Source of the DNA: the human T2T-CHM13v2.0 reference genome, Homo sapiens | DNA: 64,000 nt | Assembly (NCBI RefSeq): GCF_009914755.1 | Contig: NC_060929.1 | Direction: 5' to 3' (one strand) | In this document: in pieces, positions 27,222 through 40,451 of the stretch | Position numbering within the stretch: the first letter of the stretch is position 1 | How the letters are laid out: each line of letters begins with the position of its first letter | Translations under genes and position numbers: made by a program | Notes under the pieces: model-generated | Databases searched by the model: none | Told to the model about the DNA's origin: nothing | Seen by the model: the letters and a program-made list of their open reading frames with translations, nothing else

Positions 27222-28611
27222 AGTCCAGTGGATGCCCATGGACAGCAGTGTCCCATAGGGCCCTATGCCTGCTGCCCACCCACCTGAACATTTCCATCCT
27301 GGCCTTATTAAGAATTCAACAGAAATAGTTGTAGCTTCTACACTGCATAATTTTTAAAACCCTACCCCTTCTACAAGCTCATTTCATCTCAACTATAATC
27401 TTGAGAGATAAGTGTAAAAGCCGTATTTTACAAGAAGAGATCGAGGCTCAGGGACATCAAAAGACTTGTCAGAATCAAATTGCAATGAGAGCTTAGATCT
27501 ACTAAACCTATTCTGACTATTCTTTCTGCTAAAGTTTTTATTTTCTCATGGCTGTAGTGGGGGCTTGATATGGTCCAGCTGTTGATGAAGACAACGGAAG
27601 TGCGTCTCCTCTCCTTCGACCCATAGCTATACGTACACTCAGCCCCAGTCTCCAAGTGAGTACAAAAAGACCCTGCTTTAACAAGGGCAAACACAGTTAT
27701 GCTCAGAATCCCAGTAAATCTGAATGCCATATGCTTGTACCATTTTGTAATTTAGGCTTGTGGGGCTTCTTTATAAGGTAAAATATTAAGTGATAGACTC
27801 TATGATTAAGAATATGTATGAGTTAATTACTCTTTCTTAGTAAGTGTTATGGATAGAATGTCTTTCCCTTATGACAATGTTCCAGAGTACAGGATCTGAT
27901 TTCTCTAACTTTGCCTTAGATTATCCCTAAATTAGATGTCAGTCCCAGGAAGCTCCAACGCCTCTGTGTCAGGAAGGAGTTTGGCTTCAGAGGAGCTGAC
28001 ATCAAACCCACGCTGAAGAACCTCACCTCCGGGAAACCTGCAGGTCTGTGTCGTCTGCATCAGAGGTTTGGTGGGATGAATCCCTCAATCACTCTCCAAT
28101 GTGCTGCCATGTAAGGCACCTAGTCATAGTTTGGCAACAGAATTTGCTCCCAGGATTTTCTCATCTTTGTAGACTATGCCTTTAAAATGCACCTTTCTTT
28201 ACTGTACACTGGCCAGACACCAAGTTTCATCTTGTTCACCATGATAAAGAGCAGAAGGGAAAGGATCTTTTATTTCCCTATAGCTTGGAGTTACTCTCTC
28301 ACCACCAGAGGGCAGGTGTGTACCAGGATGCCAAACCACAGCTTGCCTATTTTGAGGGCGGTATTTCAGTTGTGTCAATATACGGATATCTTGACAAATG
28401 AGTGAAGAACTTCCAAAGGAATACAAGTGATTAATTGTGCTGATTAAGCCCTAGGGTAGGGAGCAGGAGAGCCTGCCGGGATCACTGAGTGTGCATCAGC
28501 ACAGAAAAGTGACAGTAATTGGGGTCCCATGCTGAGAAGTCTTCAGATCAAGGAAGTTCAAGCTGGGCACATGGACTTCGTTAACCAAATCTTCTATTGT
28601 GTCTTTACTCA

Positions 28612-28720
28612 AGTTGTGGTTCATGCTTATTAAAAAATGCAGACTCTCAGGGCAGCTGCATCAGAATCGTCATGTTTAACAAGCTCCCTGGGTGATTCTT
28701 TCTCTCTTAAGTTTGAAACA
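28612..28720. mobile_element. MER5A-like hAT-Charlie fragment
   Basis: 'gcttattaaaaaatgcagactctcaggg...atcagaatc...tttaacaagctccctgggtgattct...aagtttgaaac'. Confidence 0.6.
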
Positions 28721-30680
28721 GGATCTTGAGAGTGTCAGCAACTCAGCAAACTCTTTCAAAGCTAAGGTTCAGGTTGGGGAAACCCACAAGTGTTCTGGAT
28801 TTTGTTGTGAACTTTTAAAAGCCCCGTCCAGGCGCCCATGAACGTAAGGCCTACTTGGTGGCACTTCCCTGTGGAACAAACAGGCAGATGTACAGATACA
28901 AATCATCTCTTTGTCTTGGCTCTTTCCTCGGCCTTTACACACTCCTCAGGAATACAAGTTTCATGAGCAATTTAACCCTCAAGATGTATACAAACAGATT
29001 TTTATTTAACAGATAAATTATACTTTAAAGTTGAGCTGGAATTCGTACTCATTTTAAATGGAATCTTAGAAATATGATCATGAGACAGCCTCAGCCATCA
29101 GGGATCATGCAATAATGACTTCTTGTGCATCAGTAGGAATTTCGTGTGAATCAGTGGCAGAACTCCAGCCATATATTGTCCCTAAAGATGGTTTCTAGGA
29201 CACAAAGCCACTCCTTCTGATTCTAAATTTATGTAACAGGTTTGAATTCTATAGACACCAACTTGAGTGCGAAGAAATAGAACTCTTGTCCTGTCTCCAG
29301 AAATATAGTATTGGGGCTAAATTTAGTCCAATCAGTCTTTTATCAGAATTACTAATTCAGTCAAAATTTAATTCAAATTTTAATTCAGCTTCCTACTTCT
29401 TCCTCTGGAAGATATGCAAGTCTAGAGAGGAGAAGTCCATTCATTCGTGGCAGGGAGGGTGAGATTCTGTCTACTTTCATTATTTTGTGGCACAGTGCTG
29501 GATGGTGCTGGCTCCCACAGGTGACACAGTCATCACCAGTACAGTGTGCAGGAGATACCAGCCAGCATCTCACTTATAAAGGTCCACATACATCACAGTA
29601 ATGTGCATCTCCTTGATCTATGACCTGTTTTTGGCCAGGTAGCCTCTGGCCATGATCATCAGCTCATGCTCCAAGTTACTTTCCACAGCTTACCATGAAG
29701 CCTTGGGAAGAGTACAGACCTCTTCATTGCCACTCCCCAGCCACAGGGAATCTCAGGTAGAGCTGGGCCCTCCTTTCGTCAAAATGTATCATTTCTGTTT
29801 TTTCCCCAAGCCTCATGGTATATGGTATCTCGGAGGTTTCTACTCTTAAACTGCATCCCAAACATGGCAAATCTGTTTTCACATCTCTCAGAAATGCCAC
29901 ATTTTTCAAGGGACATATTTATATTTTCTTCCTTTCCCTTCTTCACCTACCCCAGGGAGGAAGTACAAATTCCTCTCTTCGTCCAAAACAGCATTCCCAG
30001 GTCAGCTATGTCTTCCTGGAGCTCAAATTTTTAACATCCTTCCAAGGAAAGAAGGGAAATCAGTTTGATCTCTTATACCCTACTTGAGTCGGTCCTGTTT
30101 TGTGATAAGAGCAGCATCATTGCTCATTTAGACTGTCAGTCCTTGCTGTCCACGGAGGTCTTCACATTCGTCAATGCAGTTTGAGTTAGAAGTCAGATGG
30201 GAATATGGCTACAGGTATCTTCAGGAAAGAGAAAGGAAATAGTGTTAATAGTTGGTTATTCTGTCCTATTTTGCCTCGCCATACATGCTTGTGCCCAGAG
30301 AGAGTGAGTCACGACACAATCTTAATCTCCTTTATCTATTTCGGTACGTTCTCAGAGGCTATCCACAGAATATGATTAATGTTACTATCTTCACCCAGAC
30401 AATAAGAGAGTTCTGGGATTTCCCTGGAGTGCTGGGACCCCTTGTGGGAAACACTAAGTAAAATGTATTTGACAAGAGGCAAATGGAGAAAAGACTAGCT
30501 GGAGCCAAGAGCTGGTGTGGTTTCAGTGTGTGCATACAAAGGGAAGCATAAAGAATATTTTTTGTTGAGCAGTGATAGAATTGCTCTGTATCCTGATTCT
30601 GGTTGAAGACGCATTAATCTATAAATTTTTTAAAATTCGTAGAACTATGCACCAAAAAGTCACTTTTACTGGATGTTGCT

Positions 30681-30713
30681 TATCTATCTGTCTATCTGTC
30701 TATCTATCTATCT
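30681..30713 (+). repeat. (TATC/TGTC)n tetranucleotide repeat
   Basis: Seen directly. Confidence 0.85.
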
Positions 30714-31739
30714 TTCCGTGGAAGTTTCCATATTAAATAGCTTCTACAGGTAGGCTTAAATGAGCTGCCATTTACAAAGAAAACAAAAATTGAAGCTACA
30801 TTAGGATTCTGTTTTTTGTATTTATTTTCTGAAGCACCATGGTTCTACCACATACAAATAAATTTGTAAAACAAATATTCCAGTATATTTTCAAAATTTT
30901 ATAAAATATTAATAAAAATGATCTCATGGTGTTTCATTTATAGATTTGTTAATCTTTCCATTATTATACACATATAATATTTTGGGAACCGTTTCAATTT
31001 AATTCAATATTTTAAAGTAATTATGGTTTTCATTATCTTTTCTTTTAAAATAATCTAAAGTTACATCCTGTGTATGCATTATATGTGCTTGCTAAATCTT
31101 TATAGCTTACTTATACTTGACACTCAGCAACAGAATTCTATGTCTTCATATCCTCTCCTTTAGAGAGCACAAAATGTAAAAGCAGAGACATTCTTACTAA
31201 ACTCCTGGAATAAACACTTCTGGAATTGTGTGTTAATATAGTTTTAGTAAAGATAACAGAAATAGTAAATGTGGTCTCTGACTTGAGTTTTCAGCTTTTT
31301 TTTGTTGGATTAGAAGAGAACAGAAATTTTGAGGATTTTTCATAACTATATAAAGGAAGGAAAAATTTTTAAAAGACCTAAAAATTAAAAAACATGGCAA
31401 AAATCCAGAATCAAGTAATATAACACACTTGATAACACAAAAGAATCTTGCAGCAGGGGTAACAACAAATAACATATAAGCATATTTTTAAAATTAAGAA
31501 GACATAATCAAGAACAAAAGTCAAAATTCATATACCTATGTAACACCATCTATGTTTTGTTTCTTCAATAACTAAAATCCAAGATCACAAATATTTTCAA
31601 AATACTAGCTCTTATTTCCGTAGTGACCTACTATCTAGTAGTTATCCCCACTATTTCTGGCTAATTATCTATTAGCTACTTAACAACCTAACTATTACTA
31701 CTACAAGAACCTACTACTACCATTGCTGCTGCTATTTTA

Positions 31740-31773
31740 CAAAAACTGCAATTACTTTTTCACCCACCTAATA
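31740..31773. mobile_element. Half MADE1/Hsmar1 terminal inverted repeat
   Basis: caaaaactgcaattactttttcacccacctaata matches the right arm of the MADE1 at 1795-1826. Confidence 0.7.
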
Positions 31774-32042
31774 CAACTACTACTACTACTGCCACCTAGC
31801 TAACTGCTCTCTCCTTGGCTAGCTACGAGGGAGAATAAAAAGGATTTTCACCCCGCAGTGCTCAAGTACATATGTCTAATGAAAATGGATAACAACCATG
31901 AAGCTAAAAGGCAAAAGATAGTATGTCATAAATGCACTGCAGTTGCCACTGATTACATGTACTATAGCAGGCCGAAGGTGAATGAAATAAGCCTTTGCTG
32001 ATTGCAGGATTAGGAAACTTTCAGAGGATGTGTGTTTTAAGG

Positions 32043-32334
<292 letters not shown>

Positions 32335-32399
32335 GAATAGTATAATCAAAGGCACAGAGGACAGAGGTAGGTAAGCCACAGGTTCAGGAAATGATATGC

Positions 32400-33522
32400 A
32401 AGAAGGACATGACTTTGTTTCTTATTTCACGCAGAAAATAAAAGCAAACGAGAATAATTCATATGCTTTCACTACACCCATATATTCTTCTTACTTCTTT
32501 TAAATTGATGAATGCTCTCTTTTTAAACCTGAAGTTCACTGGATCCTGTTCCATCTGTTCACTAAATCCCTTTCTCTCCCCTCGAGGACTTGCCTTCTGC
32601 AATTGACACTGACCCTTCTCTTTCTTGCACTGACAAAATATTTTCCTCTACCAGGTCATTCCTATCAACAGATAAACATGTTAAAATATATTCCATCTTT
32701 AAAAACCAGCCAACAAAAACAAAAACAAACACCAACTTCATTGTCCCTATATTCCTCTCCAGCTATTGCCTCATTTCTCCATTCTTTTTACAGCAAACTT
32801 GAAATAATTGTCAAAATCACTCTCAGCCTTCTCTCCTCTCCTCTCATTTTTTGTTGAACCCACTCCATTCATGCTTCTGTCTCCACCACTCTTCTAAAAT
32901 TGCCCTTGTCAAGATTACTGAAGATTTCCACATTGCCAAACTCAATGATCATTGTCAGTTCTCAATTACTGTTTGTCAAAAGCATTTGCTGGGGTGGTCC
33001 TTTTAAAAACATATCCTTTACTTGGCCTCCCTCCTGACACTGACTGGCTATTCCTTATTCTTCTTTGATGGATCCTCATCAATTTATTATCCTCTAAATG
33101 TAGAGTGCCCCAGAGCTCTGTCCTCAGCTTCTCATTTACTCTTATTTCTGTAGTAATCTTATACAACATCATGATTTTAAATTCCAATCACTGATAATTC
33201 CAAAGGCATATCCCAATTCCTGACCTATCCTCTAAACTCCAGACCTGTACATCCAACTAGCATATTTCAGAGAGGTCTTCTCTAATCAGTCTGTGTGAAA
33301 TAGTCTACCTCACTCCATCCTACTCCAGATGTACTTCTCTACTTACCATAATGGATTTTCACCACAGAACCTATCACTGCCAAACAAATTACTCATTTTT
33401 TTGTTTCCTATCATGCTACCCATAACTTCTTCATTCCCCCTTCACATACCACCACCGTTAGAATGAATGAACCATAGGAGCAAGGAATTCTTTGGTTTTA
33501 TTGACTATAGTAGCCCCAGTAT
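32400..33522 (+). mobile_element. L2 fragment(s)
   Basis: Pyrimidine-rich with L2 motifs 'cccttgtcaagattactgaagatttccacattgccaaactcaatg', 'aaactccagacctgtacatccaact' and 'ttagaatgaa...aggagcaagga'. Confidence 0.7.
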
Positions 33523-33524
33523 TC

Positions 33525-36500
33525 AAATAAATCAACAAACGTTTAGCTAGACTAAGCAAGAAGAGAGAAAGGCCAAATAAATAAAATGCAGATGAAAAAG
33601 GAAACATTACAATCGATACCACAGATATATAAAAATCATTGGAGATTATTATGAACAACTATATGCCAACAAATTGGGAAAACCAGAAGAAATGGATAAG
33701 TTCCAGGACACATAGAGCCTAGTAAGATTAAGCCACGAAGGAGGAGAGTGGGGGTTGGTTACTGAGCACAAAAAAAAATAGGAAAAATGAGTAAGACCTG
33801 GTATTTGATAGCACAACAGGGTGAATATAGTCAATAAGAATTTAATCATACATTTTTAAAAAACTAAAATAGTATAATTGGATTGTTTGTAACACAGAGC
33901 ATAAATGCTTGAGGGGATGAATACCCCATTTTACATGATGTGATTATTACACAATCCATGCTTGTGTGAAAACATTTTATGTATCCCATAAACATATGCA
34001 CCTACTATGTGACTACAAAATTTTTTTTAAAAAATTTAAAAAGGGTTAAACCATGAAGAAACAGAAAACCTGAACAGACTGAAAACTAGTAACAAGATTA
34101 AAGCCAAAAATAAATAAATAAATAAAAGCCCAAGATCTGATGGATTTAATGCTGAATTATACCAAACATTCAAAAAAGAACTAATACCAATTCTACTTAA
34201 GCTATTTTTAAAAATTGAAGAGAAGGGAACACTTCCAAATTATTATGTGGGGGCCAGCATTACCCTGATACCAAAATGAGATGAGGACACAATAAAAAAA
34301 TAGAGAACTCCAGGCCTCATAAACATAAATGCAAAAGCCCTCAGTAAAATACTAGCAAACCAAATACAACACATTAAAAAGATCATTCTCCATTATTGGG
34401 TCGGATTCATCTCAGGGATATAAGAGGATGGTTCCACATATGCAAATCAAACAATGTGATACTTCATATCAACAAAATAAAAGGACAAAAACCATATAAT
34501 CATTTCAATAGATGTTGAAATAGCATTTGATAAAATTCAACATCTCCTCATGATAAAAACTCTCAACCAATTGGGTATGAAAGGGATATGTGTCAGCACA
34601 ATAAGCACCCATATAAGACAAGTCCACAGCTAATATCATACTAAATGGGGAAATACTGAAGTTCTTTCCAATAAAATCTGTGATTCTCAAAATCACAGGC
34701 AACAAAAGCAAAAGTAGACAAATCTGATTACATCAAGCTAAAGAGCTTCTGCATAGTAAAGGAAGCAATCAACAAAGTGAAGACACAAAGTGAAGAAACA
34801 AGTCAGAGATGCCACTTTTATCACTTCTTTTCAACATAATACTGGTCGTCCTAGCTAGAGTAATTAGGCAAGAGAAAGAAGTAAAGGGCATCCAAATACA
34901 AATACAAGAAGTCAAATCAACCCCATTTAAAACAGCTTGAAAAAAAAACCCTAAACCTAAAATAGCTAGGAATAAATTATGCCAAAGAAGTCAAAGATTT
35001 CTATAAGGAAAACTATAAAACGCTAATGAAAGAATGTGAAGAAATCTCAAGAAAATGGAAAGCTATTCTATGTTCATGATTGAAAAAATTAATATTATTA
35101 AAATGTCTATAGTGCCCAAAGTGATCTACAGATTGAATGCAATCTGTATCAAAATACCAAAGACATTATTCACAGAAATAGAAAAAGCAATCCTTAAATG
35201 CGTATAGAACCATAAAAGACTCCCAAAATCCAAAGCAATCCTGAGCAAAACCCAGAAGGCATCACGCTACTTTATTTCAAATTACAGTAGAAAGCTATAA
35301 TAATCAAAGCAGCATGGCACTTGCATAAAAACAGACACATGGACCAATGGAATGGAAGAGAAACCCTAGGAATAAATCCACACACTTAGAGCCAACTCAT
35401 TTTTTACAAAGATGGCAAGAACATACACTGGGGAAAGGATAGTCTGTTTAATAAATGATGCTGGGAAAACTGGATACCTACAGGCAGAAGAATGAAACTA
35501 GATTACTATCGTTCACCATATACAAAAATACATTCAAAATTGATTAAAAACTTAAATATAAATAGACCTGAAAATTTGAAATTACTTAAAGAAAACATTG
35601 GGGAAATGCTACAGGACATCAGTTTGAGCAAAGATTTTTTTGGTAATACCTCAAAATCACAGGTGACAAAAACAAAAACAGACAAATGGGATTACATCAA
35701 ACTAAAGAACTTCTACCTGGCAAAGGGAGCATTTAACAAAGAGAAGAGATAACCTGAAGCATGGGAAAAATATTTGTAAACTCTCCATCTGCCAAGAGAT
35801 TAATAAGCAGAATATATAAGGAACTCAAACAATTCAATAGCAAAAAAGCAAATGCCATGATTTAAAAATGGTCAAAAGAGCTGAATAGTTATTTCTCAAA
35901 AAGACATACAAATGGCCAACAGGTATATGAAAAAAGGCTCAACATCATTAATGATTAGGAAAATGCAAATCAAAACCACAATGAGCTATCATCTCACCCC
36001 AATTAGAATGGCTATTATGAAAAAGATAAAAAATAACAAATGCTGATGAGGAGGCAGAAAAAGGTACCTTGTTGGAGAGAATGTAAAGTAGTACCCTGTT
36101 TGATGGGAATATAAAGTAGTAGAGTTAGTATGGAAAACAATATGGAGGGTCCTCAAAAAAACTAAAAATATAACTACCTTATAATCTTGCAATTCCACTG
36201 TTGGGTTTATATCCAAAAGAAAGGAAATCAGCATATCAAAGAGATATCTGCATTCTCATGTTTATTTCATTACTATTCACAATAGCCAAGATATAGAATC
36301 AGCTTAAGTGTCCATCAGTGGATGCATGGATAAAAAATGTGGTACACATACACAATAGAATATTATTCAGCCATATAAAATCATAAAATTCTACTCTTTG
36401 AAGCAACATGGATGGAACTGGAGGCCATTATTTGAAGTGAAATACACCAGGCACACAATAACAAATATCACATGTTCTTACTCATAAGTGGAAGCTAAAA

Positions 36501-36865
36501 AAGTGGATCTCACAGAAGTAGAGAGCATAAATGCTGGTTACCAGAGGCTGAGAAGGGAAGTGGGGAGAAAACAATAAAAAGATATTGGTTAAGTGATACA
36601 AAACATAGTTAGATAGAAAAAGTAAGTTCTTGTATTTGATAGCACAGTAGGGAAACTATTGTTAACATTAATTTTTTGTATATTTCAAAACAACTAGAAG
36701 AGATTCATAAAGTTCCCAACACAAAGAAAAGTTAAACGTTCGAAGGGACAAATAAACAAATTATCCTAATGTGAACATTACGTATTGTATACAAGTATCA
36801 AAATATCCCATATACCTCCAAAATAAGTAAACTGTTATATACCAATACAAATGTTTAAAAAATAT
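33525..36865 (+). mobile_element. 5'-truncated L1MA-type element (degraded ORF2 plus 3' UTR)
   Basis: ORF2 remnants (35492-35752 MKLDYYRSPYTKIHSK...KWDYIKLKNF) and an L1MA-type 3' UTR. Confidence 0.9.
33741..34040 (+). mobile_element. L1MA 3'-end fragment nested in the L1 above
   Basis: 3' UTR motifs 'tatttgatagcacaacagggtg...gaggggatgaataccccatttt'. TSD aagattaagccacgaag (33724-33740) / aagggttaaaccatgaag (34041-34058). Confidence 0.85.
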
Positions 36866-37079
36866 AAGGCTCACATACTACAAGAGATTGCAAATGATGG
36901 TCACAGATGTGTTTTAATTGTCTTAAAATACAAAATTGTAATTAAAATTTTGACAAAGTTATCAACACATAAACTTTGGAATTTTATATAAATATTTGGG
37001 TTTATGATTTCTACTGAAAAATTAGAAATTGCTTATTTTAGTTTACATGTAGTACATGCTAGGCACTGTTGTAATTGCT

Positions 37080-37591
37080 TGTGATAGTTTTATATGTCAA
37101 CTTGCCTTGAGCACCGGATGTCCAGATATCTAGTTAAACATTATTTTTGAGTGTGTCTGTGAGTTTGTTTCCAGAAGAGATTAGCATTTGAATCTGTAGA
37201 CTGAGTAAAGCATATTGGCCACCGCAATATGGGAGGGCATCATCCAACCCATTCAGAGCCTGAACAGAAAAGACAAAAAAAAAAAAAAAAGTGGAAGAAG
37301 GGAGGAGTCAGCTTCTGTCTGTCTTATTGTTTGAACTGGGTCATTGATCTTCTCCGGCCCTTAGAGGTTCCTTTCTCAGGCCTTCAGATGAAGACTAGAA
37401 TCTACACCATCAACTATCCCCAGACCTCAGGCCCTCAAAATCAACCAGTGACCTTCCTGGGTCTTCAGCTGGCAGATGGCAGATCATAAGACTTCTCAGC
37501 CTTGATCACTGTGGGAGCCAATACTTTACAATAAATCTATTTATATATGCATCCTATTGGTTCTGTTTTTTGGAGAAACCTTACTAATACA
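37080..37591 (+). mobile_element. MLT2 (ERVL) solo LTR
   Basis: TGTGATAGTTTTATATGTCAACTTG ... CCTATTGGTTCTGTTT..GGAGAAACCTTACTAATACA termini. It appears to interrupt a MIR. Confidence 0.88.
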
Positions 37592-38834
37592 CTGCAATTA
37601 TTACAAATAATTACCACATTTACTCATTAAACATCTCTATGATGAATTACTAGTACTGTAGCACAGAAGAGTTAAGGGCTTTCCTAAAGTCTTCTATCTA
37701 GTAACTTTGGCGGTGGGACTCAAACTCAAATAATGTAATTTTCTGGTTCAGGCCTTTATCACTATCTTCTCTGAACCAGCATTCCTGAGAGGCTACAACC
37801 CCTAGAGCTCAGTGCCAGCCTCCCTATGTAGCTGGAGCAAGCACTCTGCAGTGTGTCAAAGATGCTTCTCTCTTTTACCTCACCTGCTTTAACCCTACTG
37901 ACATTCACCAGAATCTGTAATCCTTGTCACACTGAAATGTCATACTTGAATCAATGATCATTTGAATGTCCATTTACATATAATCACTAAATTGGGTTCT
38001 AAATTTGTTAAAAGGCAAGTAAAATATAATCCTTGTTTATTCATGAGTACAGTCATATTGAATATAGCTTATATAGAGTTGACGTTATTCATCAAAAGAG
38101 TAGTACAAACCAAATGAGACACTGCAATAAATTTCAGAGTTCAACAGAAAGAAAAATTTTATAAATACTCACCAGCCATGGGGACAGGGGATTTCTTTGT
38201 TTACTGCTGCATCCCAGTGTCTCCACAGTGTGTTATTGGAGCTCCATACATATTTTTGAATGAATGTATGAATGGCTAAGTCTTAACTCCTCCTCCCTGA
38301 TTCAGTTTAATTTCTGATTTCTCTTTAGCATTTTTCTACTCTCATTTTATATATTTAGTGGGAAGGCACATGGGAAGAATTATATCCAACAAAAAAATCA
38401 AATAAACTCCAATGGAAGTTCAAGAGAAAAAGGGATCATATGCGGTTGGGGGGAACTAGAGGTTTCATGGAAGAAGCAGGCCCAAAAGAACTGGTAAAAT
38501 GTCCGCAGGCAGAGATAAATGGAAGGAGTTTCCAGGCCCTTGAGTGAGTCAGACCAAACTATTTGTACTATATGCCATGGAGTTTGGCAGCTGCTGAGGG
38601 TTTTGAGCAGGTGGATGTTGATTTTCTTTTGACATTTACTTGGCTTAAGAAAATAACTGAGAATGAATCTATGCTATAAAAAATTAATAACTAAAGCAAA
38701 AGTGAAATTCTGGCTTGGATTTGTTTACAGGAGGATCTTGGGCAGTATCTGTGGCTTTCAACCTCATGCAACCCGACAGTTTTGTCAGATTCATCTCTTT
38801 CTCCAAAAAGTTATTCAGAAAGGATATTGGGTTA

Positions 38835-39030
38835 ACATAAGACTCAGGATCCTAGAATTCAGTATCAATTAGTTACCAATGGTGTGACCTTGGGCAAGTC
38901 ACTTACTCAACTGGAACATCTTCATCTGTTAAAATATTAATAATTTCATATTTTCCTCATAACCTGGAATTATTTAATGAGTGAACATACTGCAGGAATT
39001 CTTTGGAAGTTGTAAAGTGCTCTATTCTGC
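38835..39030 (+). mobile_element. MIR
   Basis: 'tgtgaccttgggcaagtcactta...ttcatctgttaaaat' MIR core. Confidence 0.75.
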
Positions 39031-39992
39031 CCTTCTCTGCTGCCCCCAGCCTGCTTCAGCAGCATAATGATAACATGTGTAAAACATACAAAAATGTAGT
39101 GGTGAAAATTGTATTTTATTACTCTGCATTTTTGGTTGTTAATATATGCAATGATGCTTGGTGAGAAAAAATGCTCCTGGCCACCTGGAATCCAAAGTGA
39201 CATTGTGTTTTTGTATTCCTCTGCTTTTGGAAGAGTGTATCCTTTTCAATTTGTTGAGAAAGCCATTAACTAAGAGAAAAAGATTTAAAGCCATGAAATC
39301 TTTTCTCCCTAGAGAAATAAAAATGAATGACAAATATAGTAGCCCAATAGTTGGTCTAAACAGTGAGATACTACTTACAAAAGTGAGAAATTTGAAGATG
39401 ATCTAGAAATTTTACAGCCTAGAATTTTAAGTTACTAAAGAACAATTGTGGGAAATAGAGTTAATTTGTAGCATCTTAAACTTCTGTTCTTTGATTTTTA
39501 AAAGACTCTCTGAGAATTTCCACACCCTCAATATAGAAACATTGAGATTAACTGAGAGTATAATTTAGTTCTGACCCCAAGAAAAACCCATTAAGTAAGC
39601 TGATTTTGTTTGTTTTATAATTACTTCCCTCACTCCCAAACCCACTGTGAAACTTCTTCCATTGTCATTCCTTTTTAGACACTTATTTTCTTTCTTCCCC
39701 ACACCCTCCCAACATAAATATATTTATTGCATCTTGTGCAGTCATCTACACACCAGATAACCCCTTCCACTATGCAAGATATTCCATTTCCATCTCAAAT
39801 ATACTCTAGATATCAAAATCTACCTGTACTGGGTTCTAACCCCTCTGGAACTTCCCTTCTACTCTTTTAATGATAAGTGATTGAAGTGTCCCTCATTCTA
39901 ATAAATACATTTGTGTTTTAATTGGGCCCTCTGAAAACATAAATTCAATACAGTGGCATTTCAAGTAATGAGAATTTTAACTGTAGAAGTCA

Positions 39993-40451
<459 letters not shown>

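Noticed and set aside
27428-27730. 100-aa minus-strand ORF with a hydrophobic N-terminus
   Set aside because: No recognisable homology, and its end overlaps MIR-like sequence. The length is compatible with chance.
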